64,000 nt of DNA from Enoplolaimus lenunculus (lineage: Eukaryota), in NCBI GenBank assembly GCA_030248215.1, contig JASANG010003984.1:310001-374000 (forward strand), written 5' to 3'. A program made the position numbers and the translations under genes. Below the pieces are notes generated by a model, which saw only the letters and a list, made by a program, of their open reading frames with translations, was not told where the DNA came from and ran no database searches. Positions 12,301 to 26,269 of the stretch are shown here, in pieces; the stretch's first letter is position 1; each line of letters begins with the position of its first letter.

Positions 12301-15300
12301 AAATTAGGTCACTACATGAATGCGCCGTTAACATTAAAAAATCCACACGGTCCACAAAGTGTCCCAGAATAAATATTTACCGTACCTCAACGGAAATTTT
12401 CCTTTCATCCTACTTCAAAAGACCGATTTGTAACACTCATTACGGTTGGGTAAAACATTTTTTACACCATCTGCCAAGCGTCGACTATACGTCAATGGAA
12501 ATTTTCCGTTGACCGTACCTCAACGTGTGTCACAAATTGCACTGTGACACTCGTTCAGGTAGGGTCAACAGAAATATTCCGTTAACGTAGGAACGACACG
12601 TGGCATATCAAGTGAAAATAGTGTTGACCCTACGTCAACGAGCGTTACAAACCGGTTTGTGACACGTATTGAGGTAGGGTCAACGAAAACTTTTTGTTGA
12701 GGCAAGGTTAACGAGTGGTTGTTAACTGTGGGCTACGGCACATACTGTGGCCCGGCCGAAATTTATAATGTGAACGGCGCATTGAAACCTGAGCTTCAAA
12801 CAAGGGCTATAATTTAGGAGCAGGATCGGGTAGCGGAAGAAGCCACAAGTATGTGGTTTGTTTTAATACTAATTATTTTTGGTCTGATTGGGGTCACCGA
12901 GCAGGAAAATCGAATAATCACTCGTGGGTAAGGGTAGTAGGTTAGGTGAAAAACGTCCACGATTTCTTTATTTTATTTTTTCTTCAGATTTTTTGGGATA
13001 TAGGAATGTTATGCATATGTAATATATACATATATATGTGTGTATATATGTATAACATTCCTGTATCCCAAAAAACCCTGAGGGAAAAATAAAGAAATTC
13101 GAACGTTTTTCACTTAACCTACTAACATATTTATATGTCATACAGGCTCTTGCAGACCGTTCCACCCATAGCTTTATTCCTGACATAATCTAGGCTCAGG
13201 CTTAGGCTTAAGTTTACTGGTGCAGGTGTACAAGAACCTGTCATGTATTTATCAATCGTATACACCCTTTACTGGGCCTATGTATAGAACAGGGCTGGAT
13301 CGTTTTCCTGAGGGGCTACAATAGAGTCAGTTTTAGCTTTAGACAAATTTTTTGCTTAGGCTTAGGCTTAGGAGTACGCTCATCCATACGCTTCGGCTTA
13401 GGCTTAGGCTTAGGCTTAGGCTTAGGTTTAGGAATATGCTTATACTACTGTTCCGGCCCTGTTCCATACATGAGCCCTTTACTGTATACATATATAAATG
13501 TTAAACTTACATTTTTAAACTTTTTGCCCATAACTTTCGAACGTCGATCACAAGTATTGGCTGGCTATTAATATTAACCGGTCCAAACCGCATCCAAACC
13601 GACTTGAATGGCAGTTAAATTTAAAAATTTAAATTCTCTTAATTTCAATTCAATATTTTTGAGCATCGTTTTGTGTTTGAACCGGTAGAGATAAATAGGT
13701 TCTTTGATGTTGGTGGCGAATACCGTTCAGCCGCATTATTAGTATATTTAGTATACGAAGCCTGTATATTTAGTCTGTATATTTTAGTTATAGCAATAAA
13801 TAGTGAATATGTAAGGAACAGTCCATTTAACGGCGCCTAGTTTTGGGCCAAAATGCCGCTAATTTGTGGTCCATGTCCGTGCGATGGGTATAGCTGTTTT
13901 GTATTAACATTAGATATTTATTGCTTGACCGCTGTACTTAAATCTGAAATGAAAATAGACGTCCTCGAACAACAGGAGAGAAAGCGGTGACGGTGGGTAC
14001 AGTGCAAAAAATGGTGAGTCAAATTGACTCTCTCCGAAATATGCACTATGGGACTGCACAAACTGAGTTACAAATCGACTCCGACAGAATCAAATTTGAC
14101 TAACTGACTCGCGCAGTGAGTCAAATTTGACTCTGGCGGAGTCGAATTTGACTTAGTTTGTGTAGTCCAGAAAAGCCTATTTCGGAAATAGTCAATTTGG
14201 CTCACCATTTTTTGCAGTGTACAATAATAGCGCAAGAAATATCGCAAACGAAACGAATGATAAGCTAAACGCAACTTTTCGCAATTTGTACACTGGTTTT
14301 TGGTTTCAAAAATCTGATCAAGTTTCGTCGTTTTTTATAGCAGCTGAAACGGGTAAACCCGCTGATGGTAGTTTTAAAATTTAATAAGTCTTAAAACAGC
14401 AACCGCCGTACTAAATATTGCTGTATTTTGATTTTAGGTTACGAAATTTCAAATTGGATCCGACCTCGCTTGATATAAATCGGCCAATGTATAGAACAGA
14501 GCAGTAACAGTAGCATCAGCATATTCCTAAACCTAAGCGTAACAATGATCTTTTATAGCATAAAGCAAAGCACAAAATTTAGTCTAAACTTAAGCTTTAC
14601 TCTATTGCAGTGTCGCAGAAAAACGTTTCGTCCCTGATCTGTTTACATGGGCCAAAAATTCACAAACAAGGTCCGGTTGCGTTGAAATATTCAATTGCAA
14701 ACTTCGCCAAAGACACAAAATTTCCTTAAAAACTGTGATATCTCACAGTAACATCTTGCTTACGATGAGCTAAAACAGTTTCGCGAGCTCCTGATAAAAA
14801 AGTAGTACCCTGGAACAGATGGAGTCAACGAACGGTTTGTAAACACGGTAACAGGTCGGCATTTAGCAGTGCGAACATTCGGGTTCAATATTTTTGAGTC
14901 TGCCCATGCCCAATATATAGGCTATTGCCAGTGCCGGAGCAGGCAGGGCTGGGGGCTCCCCCAAAATTCCAGGGTGGGTGTCCCCAAACTCGCGAGCAAA
15001 GCGAGCGAGAAGCCAGACGCATTTTAAAACTTAAGCGGTTTTTGTTTCAACCGGTTAGGGTGAGGGCCCCTTTAAGGGTATCCCCACCCGTCAAATGGGG
15101 GTATGGGGAGTAGTTGCTCCGACCTTGGCTATTACCTAGTTAGCTTGTATGAATATCCTGCTATTGTATGAACAATATAGATGGCCAAACGTCTAAAGTG
15201 TCTTCCAATAACGCCTACAAATCTTGAATATCTGCTATTAAAATGATTTATAACAGGGGAAAGTGAACCCGATAACGTGTGAGGGTATCTTGTGGAAAAA

Positions 15301-15319
15301 CTTGGTTAATTATCTTATA

Positions 15320-15751
15320 CTGTAGTGACCCGAATAAGCAGGGGGTAATAAGATGGGGTCCCCTTTTTGAGTCCCAATCAATAGAAGTCCGTATCCCTAA
15401 TAACAGTCCGTAAGCGGATAGAGTCCCTAAACCCTAATTAGAGTCCATAAATCTCAATTATCCTTAATTGTAGCGCATAAATGACTCCAGGCTTCAATAA
15501 ATTGGAGTTCCAAGCTTTAAAGCGTACTTAAGTTTTGAAAGTACATTCCTATAAGTATAACCTTGCATTATCGCTCAAGCTATTGACACAAGACAAATAA
15601 AACGTTTAATTCAACGGATAGTTGCAATACCGAATATATCAGTAACAAAGGACGGGTGAAAAATAAATAACAGTACGTAACCAAATAACAGGGGGGCACC
15701 CTCTCGAGAGGCGAACTAATATCATTCCCCCTCTTATTCGGATCACTACAG
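15320..15751. mobile_element. TA-flanked MITE with CTGTAGTGACCCGAATAAG TIRs (other copies 2583-2902, 37168-37588, 44682-45013)
   Basis: TA|CTGTAGTGACCCGAATAAG...CTTATTCGGATCACTACAG|TA and a shared internal sequence. Confidence 0.82.
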
Positions 15752-17265
15752 TACTCGGTAATTAACCCTTTATCACATCAATATTTTCTATTTCTTCTGA
15801 GACATACTTTTATGCTAGGATTCGAACTCCAGTAACTGGATTGGGAGAACCGGATATTCGTTTTTGGTAAAAAATCTCCGGTTCCGTTATAAACAAAATT
15901 CCGCTATTTTGTTACACTCATTTGGTTGTTAATCACGTATAAATATCATTCAGTATCATTCAACACAGATATGCTGCAATGTTTGATTTGAAATAAAAAT
16001 GAACAAATACATTTTGTTCCGGTTATGCTTTTATTTTGATCAGTATCCGTTTCCGTTATTTTGACTATCCGTTTAATAGGTTCTCTGAAAGATATATACA
16101 ACTTTCGTCAAAAATACAAAAAATTACGCTACCAAAAGTTAAGGTTATACCGGAACCGGAGATGGACTCTATCCCGACGGTTCCGTCCAGGATGACCAAT
16201 AGGGTACGACCAGATATCCGGTTCGCAAAAATCAATATTCGTTTCCGATTCTGCTATACCGGTACCGGAGATAGATTTCATACCGACGGTGGAGTCCAGG
16301 GCGACAAATTGGGTGCGGCCAGATATCCGATTCCGGTTTAATCATATCCGGCAAAATTCGGTATCCCTTTCCGGTTCTGGTATCCGGTATTAAACATACT
16401 AGATACCAGATATGACAAAGAAGACATATTTAAAACGTCTAGCTGCAATTACCTTTCGGTGCAATTAAAGTTGATTTTTCATTCACTGAAATAGAACAAA
16501 AAAATTCAAGCTAACAATGCTCTATATACCCGTGTTCCGGATCTGGTAAAAAAACTCAACATCCGGTGCGGTATCCTGTAAATCGATAGACGGCCGCACC
16601 ATCCACGTCCCATAACCTTATTCTGGATCCACTCCTGGTCGCGGTTCCGGTAACCAACCTTCGAAAAGCGTTTATTTTGTCTGTGACCCGCAAATATTAT
16701 AAGATACATTTTTACAGGTCCAAAGATAGAAAGTTAAACTTCAAGGAACATATGGTATGAATATCGTCTCAGAAAGCAAAAAAATATATATTAACAATCA
16801 AAACAACCCCTGCAAATATCGCGCTTGCAAAATGTTAATAGCAATCTTTCGGGTTTGGAACGCAACAATTTTTTATTAGAGGAACGGCGAACCGGTAGCC
16901 TGCAGCCTAAACATAAAAGACACAGGGTAAACACTTTGAAGCGTTTTGGTGGAACGGGGGGTAAGCTTAAAATAACAAACCAGGTAAAACAACGCTCTCT
17001 CAGGTACTACGCCCGGCTGGTGTTGAAAATTATTTTGGCGTATGAAAATATTATGTAGCTTGGTCTGGCAAATGGTAAGTTTGGATAAACACAGAGCTTG
17101 CAGCGTACGAAGGAACAACAGGAACGAGACCGCTCCAATTCACAGGCCCAAACCATATGATGGCAAAATTGGTGAAATTATTCGAATTCTACTGCTTTGA
17201 CACGTAGTCAATGGCGGATATAGAAATTTATGACGGGAGAGGCGTAAAGACAAACGTTATCAAAC

Positions 17266-17470
17266 GCAAAACCGGACGCCGCCGCGCGCCGCTGCACGCC
17301 GCCGCCGCAAAACCGGACGCCGCCGCGTGCCGCTGCACGCCGCCGCCGCAAAACCGGACGCCGCCGCGTGCCGCTGCACGCCGCCGCCGCAAAACCGGAC
17401 GCCGCCGCGTGCCGCTGCACGCCGCCGCCGCAAAACCGGACGCCGCCGCGTGCCGCTGCACGCCGCCGCG
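17266..17470. repeat. 41-bp GC-rich tandem repeat, ~5 copies
   Basis: GCAAAACCGGACGCCGCCGCGTGCCGCTGCACGCCGCCGCC repeated. Confidence 0.95.
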
Positions 17471-17640
17471 CGGGCGGCAAAGTATGTTTATCATTTTTCT
17501 TCCCACCGCTAACGCCCAAAGTGCCAAATGTACTTTCGAAATATTTCTGATATAAAGCAGAAGTAACATTTCACAGCACACTGAATTAACACTAAACATC
17601 CAGACCAAAAAGGCAGTTTCTACGCTTTCGGAAACTTTAA

Positions 17641-17907
17641 CCCTTTCTCACATGAATATTTTCACTGTCATATCAGATGCACTTTCAAGATAAGATTCGA
17701 TCCCCGGTCTCTCGGGTGGGCAGCGTTTACGATGACCACTCAGCTATTATAGGAGCTTGACGCTAGAGTCCGAGGAGGCTCTTACGTCATGTAGAGATTT
17801 TGCACTGCACATATATGTTAGAATTGTTATACACTGCTCACAGTGTCTGTGTTGCTCATATGTTACTTTTATTTAGTTGCTCATAGTATACTCTATGAGT
17901 AAACGGG
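17641..17907 (-). mobile_element. Same tRNA-cassette TTAA MITE family, reverse-oriented copy
   Basis: TTAA|CCCTTTCTCACAT...AAACGGG|TTGA. Reverse-complement similarity to 32319-32581. Confidence 0.8.
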
Positions 17908-18905
17908 TTGAAAACAACCTTAATATCACTGTTAATTTGAACAAATCGTAGCTCTTGCATACTTTACTACCACAACCTTAACCCTGGCCTAAGACTTACG
18001 GTAGCGGTATACTTGCCGTAAGGCGTCGTTCGTCCCCACACAATATCGTGCGACCGGTGACGGACGGCGCCGTATGGCTGACGGACGGCGACGGATTGTG
18101 CTGTACGACAAGCACAGCGCAGCCTTTTAGCCTTTGCCTAAAGCCTAAACCAATGTCGAGGTTAGCACCACCGCTACTCCCCTGGTGAATGAGATATTAA
18201 TATTGGTAAATTTGGTCTAATTTGTCCAACTGCGTCTTAGCATTCGTAACGTAAATCAGACTCAACCCCTTACACGAGGCGAGAACACCCTATTACTTAA
18301 GATCAACTTATGGTCAATAAAAGCACAGAATCTGAAGCAGTACGCAATTTTCTTTACTAAATTTAAGCATTGAATGATTTTATATCATAGCTGATGCGTC
18401 TGTAAACGATATCAGGACCCCGGGTAACAACGGGCGGGCCCGTAGGCAAGGGGGGGGGGTCAGGAAGGCTCAGCCACCCTGAATAAATTTTGCCCCCTCC
18501 CCGTAGAAAATTTTCAACCTTGCTTGTAAGTCATTGAAAACCCTTGTATGCCTCTTCTGAAATGTTTTTAGCCCCCCTAGCAAAGTGAGCTGGCTACGAC
18601 GGGTCTGATAAGGGGTCGAGCAGATCGCACTGGAGACTCGAAGCGCGGTATGGTGTAGCCTCGGTGACCGACACAGGGTAATCAACCATTCATCGCCCGA
18701 CAACTTTGTCGCTCCATAGTTGCATAAAGGTGTCAGTTAAGCATAATCCAAATGCAAAATGTTACTTGGCATAAATGACTAGCGACAAATTGTTGAATTA
18801 AAGAAATTTCGGATTACAAGTTATCGCTCGACGAATTGTCGCAATGTCAACACACGATGGGTCACTCGATGTGTACCCTCCTCGGCACTAGCCACAGCCG
18901 TATAA

Positions 18906-19898
18906 GGGTTGCGCTATATATTTGTTGACGTGCGGCGCCGTCCGTCACACGAACGGCGTCGTCCGTCAGCCGTGCGGCGCCGTCCGTCACCGTGCGGCGC
19001 CGTCCAGCATCGTGCGGCGCCGTCCAGCATCGTGCGGCGCCGTCCAGCATCGTGCGGCGCCGTCCAGCATCGTGCGGCGCCGTCCATCATCGTGCGGCGC
19101 CGTCCATCATCGTGCGCCGCCGTCCAGCATCGTGCGGCGCCGTCCAGCATCGTGCGGCGCCGTCCAGCATCGTGCGGCGCCGTCCAGCATCGTGCGGCGC
19201 CGTCCAGCATCGTGCGGCGCCGTCCAGCATCGTGCGGCGCCGTCCAGCATCGTGCGGCGCCGTCCAGCATCGTGCGGCGCCGTCCAGCATCGTGCGGCGC
19301 CGTCCAGCATCGTGCGGCGCCGTCCAGCATAGTGCGGCGCCGACCAGCATCGTGCGGCGCCGTCCAGCCTCGTGCGGCGCCGTCCAGCATCGTGCGGCGC
19401 CCTCCCGCATCGGCGGCGCCGTCCAGCATCGTGCGGCGCCGTCCAGCATCGTGCGGCGCCGTCCAGCATCGTGCGGCGCCGTCCAGCATCGTGCGGCGCC
19501 GTCCAGCATCGTGCGGCGCCGTCCAGCATCGTGCGGCGCCGTCCAGCATCGTGCGGCGCCGTCCAGCATCGTGCGGCGCCGTCCAGCATCGTGCGGCGCC
19601 GTCCAGCATCGTGCGGCGCCGTCCAGCATCGTGCGGCGCCGTCCAGCATCGTGCGGCGCCGTCCAGCATCGTGCGGCGCCGTCCAGCATCGTGCGGCGCC
19701 GTCCAGCATCGTGCGGCGCCGTCCAGCATCGTGCGGCGCCGTCCATCATCGTGCGGCGCCGTCCATCATCGTGCGGTATCGTACGTCAAATAACTCACGT
19801 ACGATACGATAACGTATGGTGACGGACGGCGCCGCACGAGTGACAGACGGCAAACTGACCGTGACGGACGCTGCCAGAGGTCAAGTATAGCGCAACCC
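18906..19898. mobile_element. TIR element (GGGTTGCGCTATA) filled by a 20-bp satellite
   Basis: 13-bp perfect TIR at 18906-18918 and 19886-19898, in TA/TAA context. Confidence 0.8.
18991..19777. repeat. GC-rich tandem array, 20-bp unit CGTGCGGCGCCGTCCAGCAT, ~39 copies
   Basis: Direct reading; explains all overlapping repetitive ORFs. Confidence 0.97.
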
Positions 19899-20497
19899 CT
19901 AATTCAGCTAAAATATAATGAAAATTTCTAAAAATTATACCACGAACAAATGTTGAACAGGTTAAAAATTGTGGCTTAACGGTGAAACAATGGAAAAAAA
20001 TAATAATAATAATAAAAAGACAACAAACACATCAACCCGGTCTTGACGCATCGTTAAAGATGGAAAAATGTATCAGCTCATCTTTGAATTTCATTGGCTG
20101 TCTCTGTTTGGCAAATAGCATACGTTTTAAAACGGACCTATGTATTCAATTTGCTTTTAATATACACGCTATATACATATAGCATATCACCCCATACACA
20201 TATTGGGCCTAATAGCCAATGGATGGACCACGAGACGCTCAGCGTCCTGTGAAAGAAAATGTTTAGTATCCCTAGAACATTTTCAAATTCGCTTGGTAAG
20301 TCAACGAAAACCCTTGTCTGCCCGTCCTGAAAAAATTTTAGCTCCCCCGCGTTGCGAGGTAAGCTGGCTACGGGTTTGATATATGTATATATGTATGTAT
20401 GTCTTTTTTTATCGGTAAACACAACGTCTGATTTTGCGAGCTGACTGTTCCCAGCTTCTGGTGGTTGATCCTCGAAATGTATACCAGGGGTCGTATG

Positions 20498-20681
20498 CAG
20501 TGGACGGATCCAGGATCTCAAAATGGGGGGCAAAGTTTCACAGGTAATAAACATACTTTTAACCCACACACAAACCACGAACTATTGTCACAAAAATTGC
20601 TAAGTATATAATTTTTGTCGAGATGCTGTTTGGCGAGGGGGGCCACGGCCGGGGTGGCGCCCACCCATGGATCCGCCATTG
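20498..20681. mobile_element. hAT-like MITE (CAGTGG...GGATCC family); relatives at 36132-36311 and 63259-63596
   Basis: CARTGGCGGATCC-type TIRs with perfect 8-bp TSDs GTCGTATG, CTGGCATA and GTTAACAT. Confidence 0.85.
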
Positions 20682-22805
20682 GTCGTATGATATGTAATAC
20701 TGAAAAAAACACCGCGAACGAGAAGCCAAACGCAATTTTAGTACTAAATCTGGAATCCGTTGTGATGTTTATCACTTGAGTGATGGCCCATCGGCTTCTA
20801 CAGATTATATTTTGGGGGGACGAATGAGTTTATCCGACGCGTACAGTTGCAATTCAAGATTGTTTACTTTTAGACCGAGTCTATTTGGGGCGGGGCACCA
20901 GCCAAATTTGGGATGGACGCATGACCCCCCCAAGCCCAATAGCTCCGGTGGAGATGCCCCTCAGGATGGTACACACGTTCCAGACTCTGAAGGTTCCAAA
21001 AATATAAACAAAACATACATTTAAATATATACATGCTATTGTTTACGTATTAATGTATATATATGTTCGTATTGATTATAATGTATACATACGTATGTAT
21101 TACATATTTATTTTATATATAAGATATATTACATGTATATTTACTTAAATATATAAGACGTATTACATATCTATGCATACAGTATAATGTATTATATGCT
21201 ACTACACATAGAGTATATATATTCCGTGGCTCGTAGCCAGTTTGCCTTACTAGGGGAGGCTAAACAATTTTCAGGAGTGGCAATTCAAGGGATTTCAATG
21301 AGTTACGCGCAAGGTTGAAAAGTTTCTCGGGGGGAGGGGCAAAATATTTCCAGGATGGCTGAACCCCCTTGGCCCTCCTTGGCTACGGGCCCGTTACATC
21401 CCTGTTGAACAGCCAATGTTTTAATGTTGGCGTACATGCAGACCATCGCGAGGGGGCGGGGCGGGCAAAAGGGTTCGACCCCGTTGGTGAAATTTTGGCC
21501 CCCGTACGAAAATAATTTCAACTTTACCCCTAAATTAATGTAAAACTGCTCGAATTCCCTTCCTGAAATAGTTTTGCCCTGCGCCCCCCTTGGTATGTTG
21601 AGCTGACTACGGATGTGTATACTTGCGTATCATTCGAGACAGCTCTTTTTTTGCCGCCGGGGTTCAGCGTAAAAGCTGGTAAAGTTGGTTTTTTCACCAG
21701 GTGGGGGATGGGTTCGTCTTGTGTGTGCCTTCCGTATACGCGAACCAGTTTTATATAATAAAAACGATAATATTTAATTTGATACTCTGTCTCTCTCCAA
21801 TATCTCTGGCGTACAAACACACAGTGAGAGACGACTACCAGATTGTTGTGTGTGTGTAGAACGAAATAGATTATGGTGGGAACAGTATCAGAGAATCCAG
21901 GCCAGTAGCCAGCTCACCTTGCTATAGGAGCTGAAAAATTTTTGACGACGGGCATACAAGACTTTTCGATGACATACAAGTACGTTTGAAGATTTTTTAA
22001 TTGGCAAAATTTTTCCAGGCTAGACCCAGGCACCGTTGGTCGCCGCTGTGGGCTTGGCGACCGGTCCAATAGAAGAGCGTAGAGCAAGGATTGGATCATT
22101 TTGGGATACAGAACCAGCAGCGAATCGGCCCATGGTTACTTTTAAAGTCGTCCCGGTTTATGGAGGCTCTGTAAAAGATTAGGCTTACATTTTAGACTAC
22201 ATTTTTTTGCTTGTGCTAGGTTTAGGCGAACGCGTTGGCGTTTACGCGTTTGCAACGTTTTTAGGTTTATGCATAGGGTTTTAGGAATATGCTGAATCTA
22301 CTGTTACAGCACTATAAAAGTAACATTGGCCAGAAAATTGGCAAATAAATAGCATACAGTAAAAGTTGCATTTCATAACATTTGCCAGCCAAATTTCTGT
22401 TATCCGCCACTGTGACTGAAATGGCATTTATGTTGCACTGACTCTCTGGTTTATTAAGTATTCAAAATAAACTCATGAATGTTGCTTAATTTATATGCAA
22501 CATCAATCCGAAACCGTAACCATCGTCTCATTTCTGATTCGGATATGGGTACAGGGTACGAAATAAAAGTTTTTTGCCCGAAGCGAATGCAAATTGTGCA
22601 AAGGTGAGTATTTTTTCGCCGTCTATTAAAATATATGTTATTCTAAATCCTGTTAAAAGTACCGTTATTCCGGGCGTTTCCACAATTTCCCGACGACATA
22701 CATCCACTTTATATCTTCTCGGTATACGCCAGTGCGCAACATCGAATTCCCACGGAAATCATCACGAAATAAACATTTTTGACGAATAAAACTTTAGGTT
22801 AAAAC

Positions 22806-22973
22806 CGGGCCCGTAGCCAAAGGAAGGGTAGAGGGGCTGAGTGAGCCCCCTGGAATTACTTTGCCCCACCTAGAAATTTTTTCAATCATCCTTATAAGTC
22901 ATTGAAAAGCCATGTATGCTGCTCCTGAAAAACTTTTAGCCACCCCTAGCAAGATTAGCTGGCTACGGGCCTG
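22806..22973. mobile_element. Short hAT-like MITE (CAGGCCCGTAGCCA family; many copies, e.g. ~10981-11141, 11616-11774, 18437-18605, 21228-21392, 53952-54105)
   Basis: TIRs GCCCGTAGCCA/TGGCTACGGGC, shared internal CAAGCAAGGTTGAAAA motif, imperfect 8-bp TSD. Confidence 0.75.
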
Positions 22974-25900
22974 GTTAAATAAAAAGTCGTTAGCAGGTAA
23001 AACTTGAATAAATTAAAAAAAATTTTGAATGATGACGTTTTTGTAGAAAATTTATATTTAACCAGAGCCTTAATTTTTTTCAATGAACCGATCTCAGGGG
23101 ACTCAACATTCCTGCCCCCGCCTGACCCCAGCTTAGTCTGGAGTATGTTTTAGGTTATAACGATTCGTTGTTTGTGTATGTCCTAGAGGCATAACAGTCA
23201 AACGAAATAAAAGAAGATTTTTTGTGATTAAATGAAAGATTTGTGAAACTTTTCAGATTTTTTGAGTTTTTCCAAACGGATGATTGTGTTTCAGATGAGA
23301 AAACTTTACTCTACACACATATATTTTAGACATTTAAGAAATAGTTTTTGCACAGGTCCGAAAACCCGCTCACCTTGCTTGGGAAGGGGGGGCTTTGCTA
23401 AAATTATTCAGGAGGATCCTACACGTTTATTTAATGATTCTTACAAGCAAGGTTGACAATTTGCTACGGAGGGGCAAAAGTTTTCCAGGGTGGGCTGAAC
23501 ACCATCTCAACGTATAAAGAGGGGCCCAAACAATTTTAGGAGGTCATGCGATTGATTTTACAAGATTTTCACAAGCGAGGCAAATGTTTTTAAAGGGAAG
23601 GTGGAAAATTCCGCCTGTGAAGCTTTAACGACCGCTGCTGGCACCTCTCTAGTTGTTGCGTAACTATGAAAATTCATAGATGCATAGCGAAATTTTATTG
23701 ATCACGCATTAGGGCTTCCACAATATTAACTTCTACTTTTTACAGGTTTTACTACAATCGACTGAATCCTCGACTTCTCACCTCTATTCCAAACAACCGA
23801 GACTAAAAAACCGGGACCTGCCAAACACCGAGATTTGCCGAAACCGAGACTCCCGTACGCGATCCTAGCCACCTTTCTCTTATAGTACCTAGGGACACTG
23901 TATGCCCTTAAAAGTAACATGTGCCAAACAAATACGTATTGCAACTGAACGCAACGTTACAAAATCATAGAATATTGCAACAGGGGCGTTGTTGAAGTGT
24001 TCAAGAGCTGATACCTTAGGCTATTTAAGGAAGAACTGTTAACTACGTTCTGATATTTGAATGCAATCTATAGTATTAGATTTGAATTAATTATCCGGCT
24101 CCAGCTCCGGCCGGATATTACATTATCCAACTCCGGCTGTAGCATTATTTGGTATCCGGTCACACCCTCATTAGCCGGCCGGCCAGTATACAAACATACA
24201 TCATTGGCGCTCCCAGGATTTATCTTCGGGCGGGAGGTGATGGGTGGGTGGGTGCGGGCTTTGAGGTTATATTAATAATCAACGGAATTGAATGGCATAT
24301 AATTTGTCGTGCTTCTTAAAATTATATTTCTTTTCCTAACACAACGACCGTTCGAATTTTTCAAAAATTCAAATTAAATTGGTGTTCACAGTTGTACATG
24401 ACAACTATATATTATAGCCTGGGGCGTACACAAAGTGACACATACAGAGAATATAAACAAACCCAGCAGGATTTTAGAGCATTAATCCGTTAGATCCGAA
24501 ATTTTCCAAATCCACTCCTGGCAATCTTCGGTTTTAACCCCCCTCCCTAGCAAGGTGAACTGGTTACGGGCCTGAATAGGCGGCATTTAACTCGTCTATG
24601 TTCATGAAGCTTAATTTTAAAAAACATTCATCCAGCCAAAAAATACACAACTACAACAACACAGCGACTCTCACCACTGCCTACCCCGAACATGGAACGT
24701 CAAAGCTAAAATAACAAATTGTATACATTGTGATTTTAGTTTCATAGACCCGAAAAGCTTAAAAGAAAGCGGACACGGAACTCGAAATCAATTTCGGTTG
24801 ACATTCTTGGTCAATGTATACAACAGGACCGAAACAGTAGTATTAGCATATTCCTAAGCCTAAGCCTAAGCGTAAGAATGAGCCTACACTTAAGCCGAAG
24901 CCTAAGCCTAAGCTTAAGCAAAAATTTTGTCTAAAGCTTAAGCTTACTCTAATACAGTCCCACTGGAAAACGTTACGGCCCGGTTCTATACATGGGCCAC
25001 ATTCTGTAAGGACACAGTCGAGTATAAAGAGCGATGTGTACAAGTGGGCAGAGGGCAGCGGTGGGATAAATAACAAAATTTCAATGGAGTTACACAATTG
25101 TGAATTTTAATTGGTTTAAATATAACTTTTACTGGATTCTACAAATCAATATAATTTTCTCGCTGGCTAAACAGTTCGGCTTACAAACAACTCTGGCATG
25201 ACATCTTATGTTCTCCCGAAATAAAATCCTGACTACACGTCCGTGACTGCATAGACCTCATGTTGTCTACAGGACTGCACGCACACGCTATCTGGATAGG
25301 CTCGACATATAAGTGTACCAGTATAGGGGGGTGGTTGGATCCAGCCCCCCTCCCGATATTTTGAGCAGTGTAAGTTTGTAAGTAGTAGCTAGAAAGTTTG
25401 GAACTGTTGGTAGAAATCGCTTTTTTAAATCAAAAGTATTTCTATGGACGCAAATATTTTCGGCTTCTTTTTGAAACCTGGAATGTCAGGCTTTTGATAT
25501 GGGATAAAAACCGCCTTCGTAGTTGATTTGTTGGCGAAGCTTCCAGTGGTTCTTATGGACGTATTAATTTGGCAATGATTGATGTGATTGAAACCTTCAG
25601 AACAAACTCTTTTATTTCATTTAGTTTTGGTTTAAAATACCAGATTTACACGGATACCCGCATATGCTAAATTCAGCGTAATGCGATATTTCGAAAAATT
25701 GTTTATTTTCACAATCGAGACGTTGAAATTTTTTTGAGGGGATGAGTTCAAAAAAATTTTTGTTCTGGTGGGCTCTACCCCTGACCACTTACTGGTTACG
25801 GGTTTTAATAAATTAACGAATTTTGTCAAGCTTTGCCGGTTGAGATACGGCCCATGTATAGAACAGGGCCGGATCGTTTTCCGGAGGGGCTACAATAGAG

Positions 25901-26269
25901 TCAGTTTAAACTTTAGACTAATTTTTGCTTAGGCTTAGGCTTTGGCTTAGGCTTTGGCTTAGGAATAGGCTCATCCATACGCTTAGGCTTAGGCTTAGGC
26001 TTAGGAATATGCTTAATGCTACGGTTCTGGCCCTGTTCTATACATGGGCCGATATTACTGAGGACATTCTGAAAAAGTAACAGTTGCCAATAATTTTATG
26101 TAATTTGTCGTAAATTTAACCTTTTCTTATTTTTTTACATACGAGTATACTTTGAGCAACTTAGCGCAAACCGCATGCATAAATTAATCAGATTGAATGC
26201 ATAGTGATTAACAATTACTACGCGTACGCTCAGTACAGAATCGGCCAAGAATCTTCTATAGCGAATTAA

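Noticed and set aside
13356..13432. (TTAGGC)n as a true telomere or chromosome-fusion scar
   Set aside because: The runs are short, interrupted, in both orientations, and enclosed by MITE TIRs.
18862..19822. Long repetitive ORFs, or a CRISPR-like array
   Set aside because: Head-to-tail 20-bp units with no unique spacers, no cas genes, and eukaryotic context.
21614..21890. Possible solo LTR (TG start, AATAAA, CA end)
   Set aside because: No TSD, PBS/PPT or second copy visible in the window.
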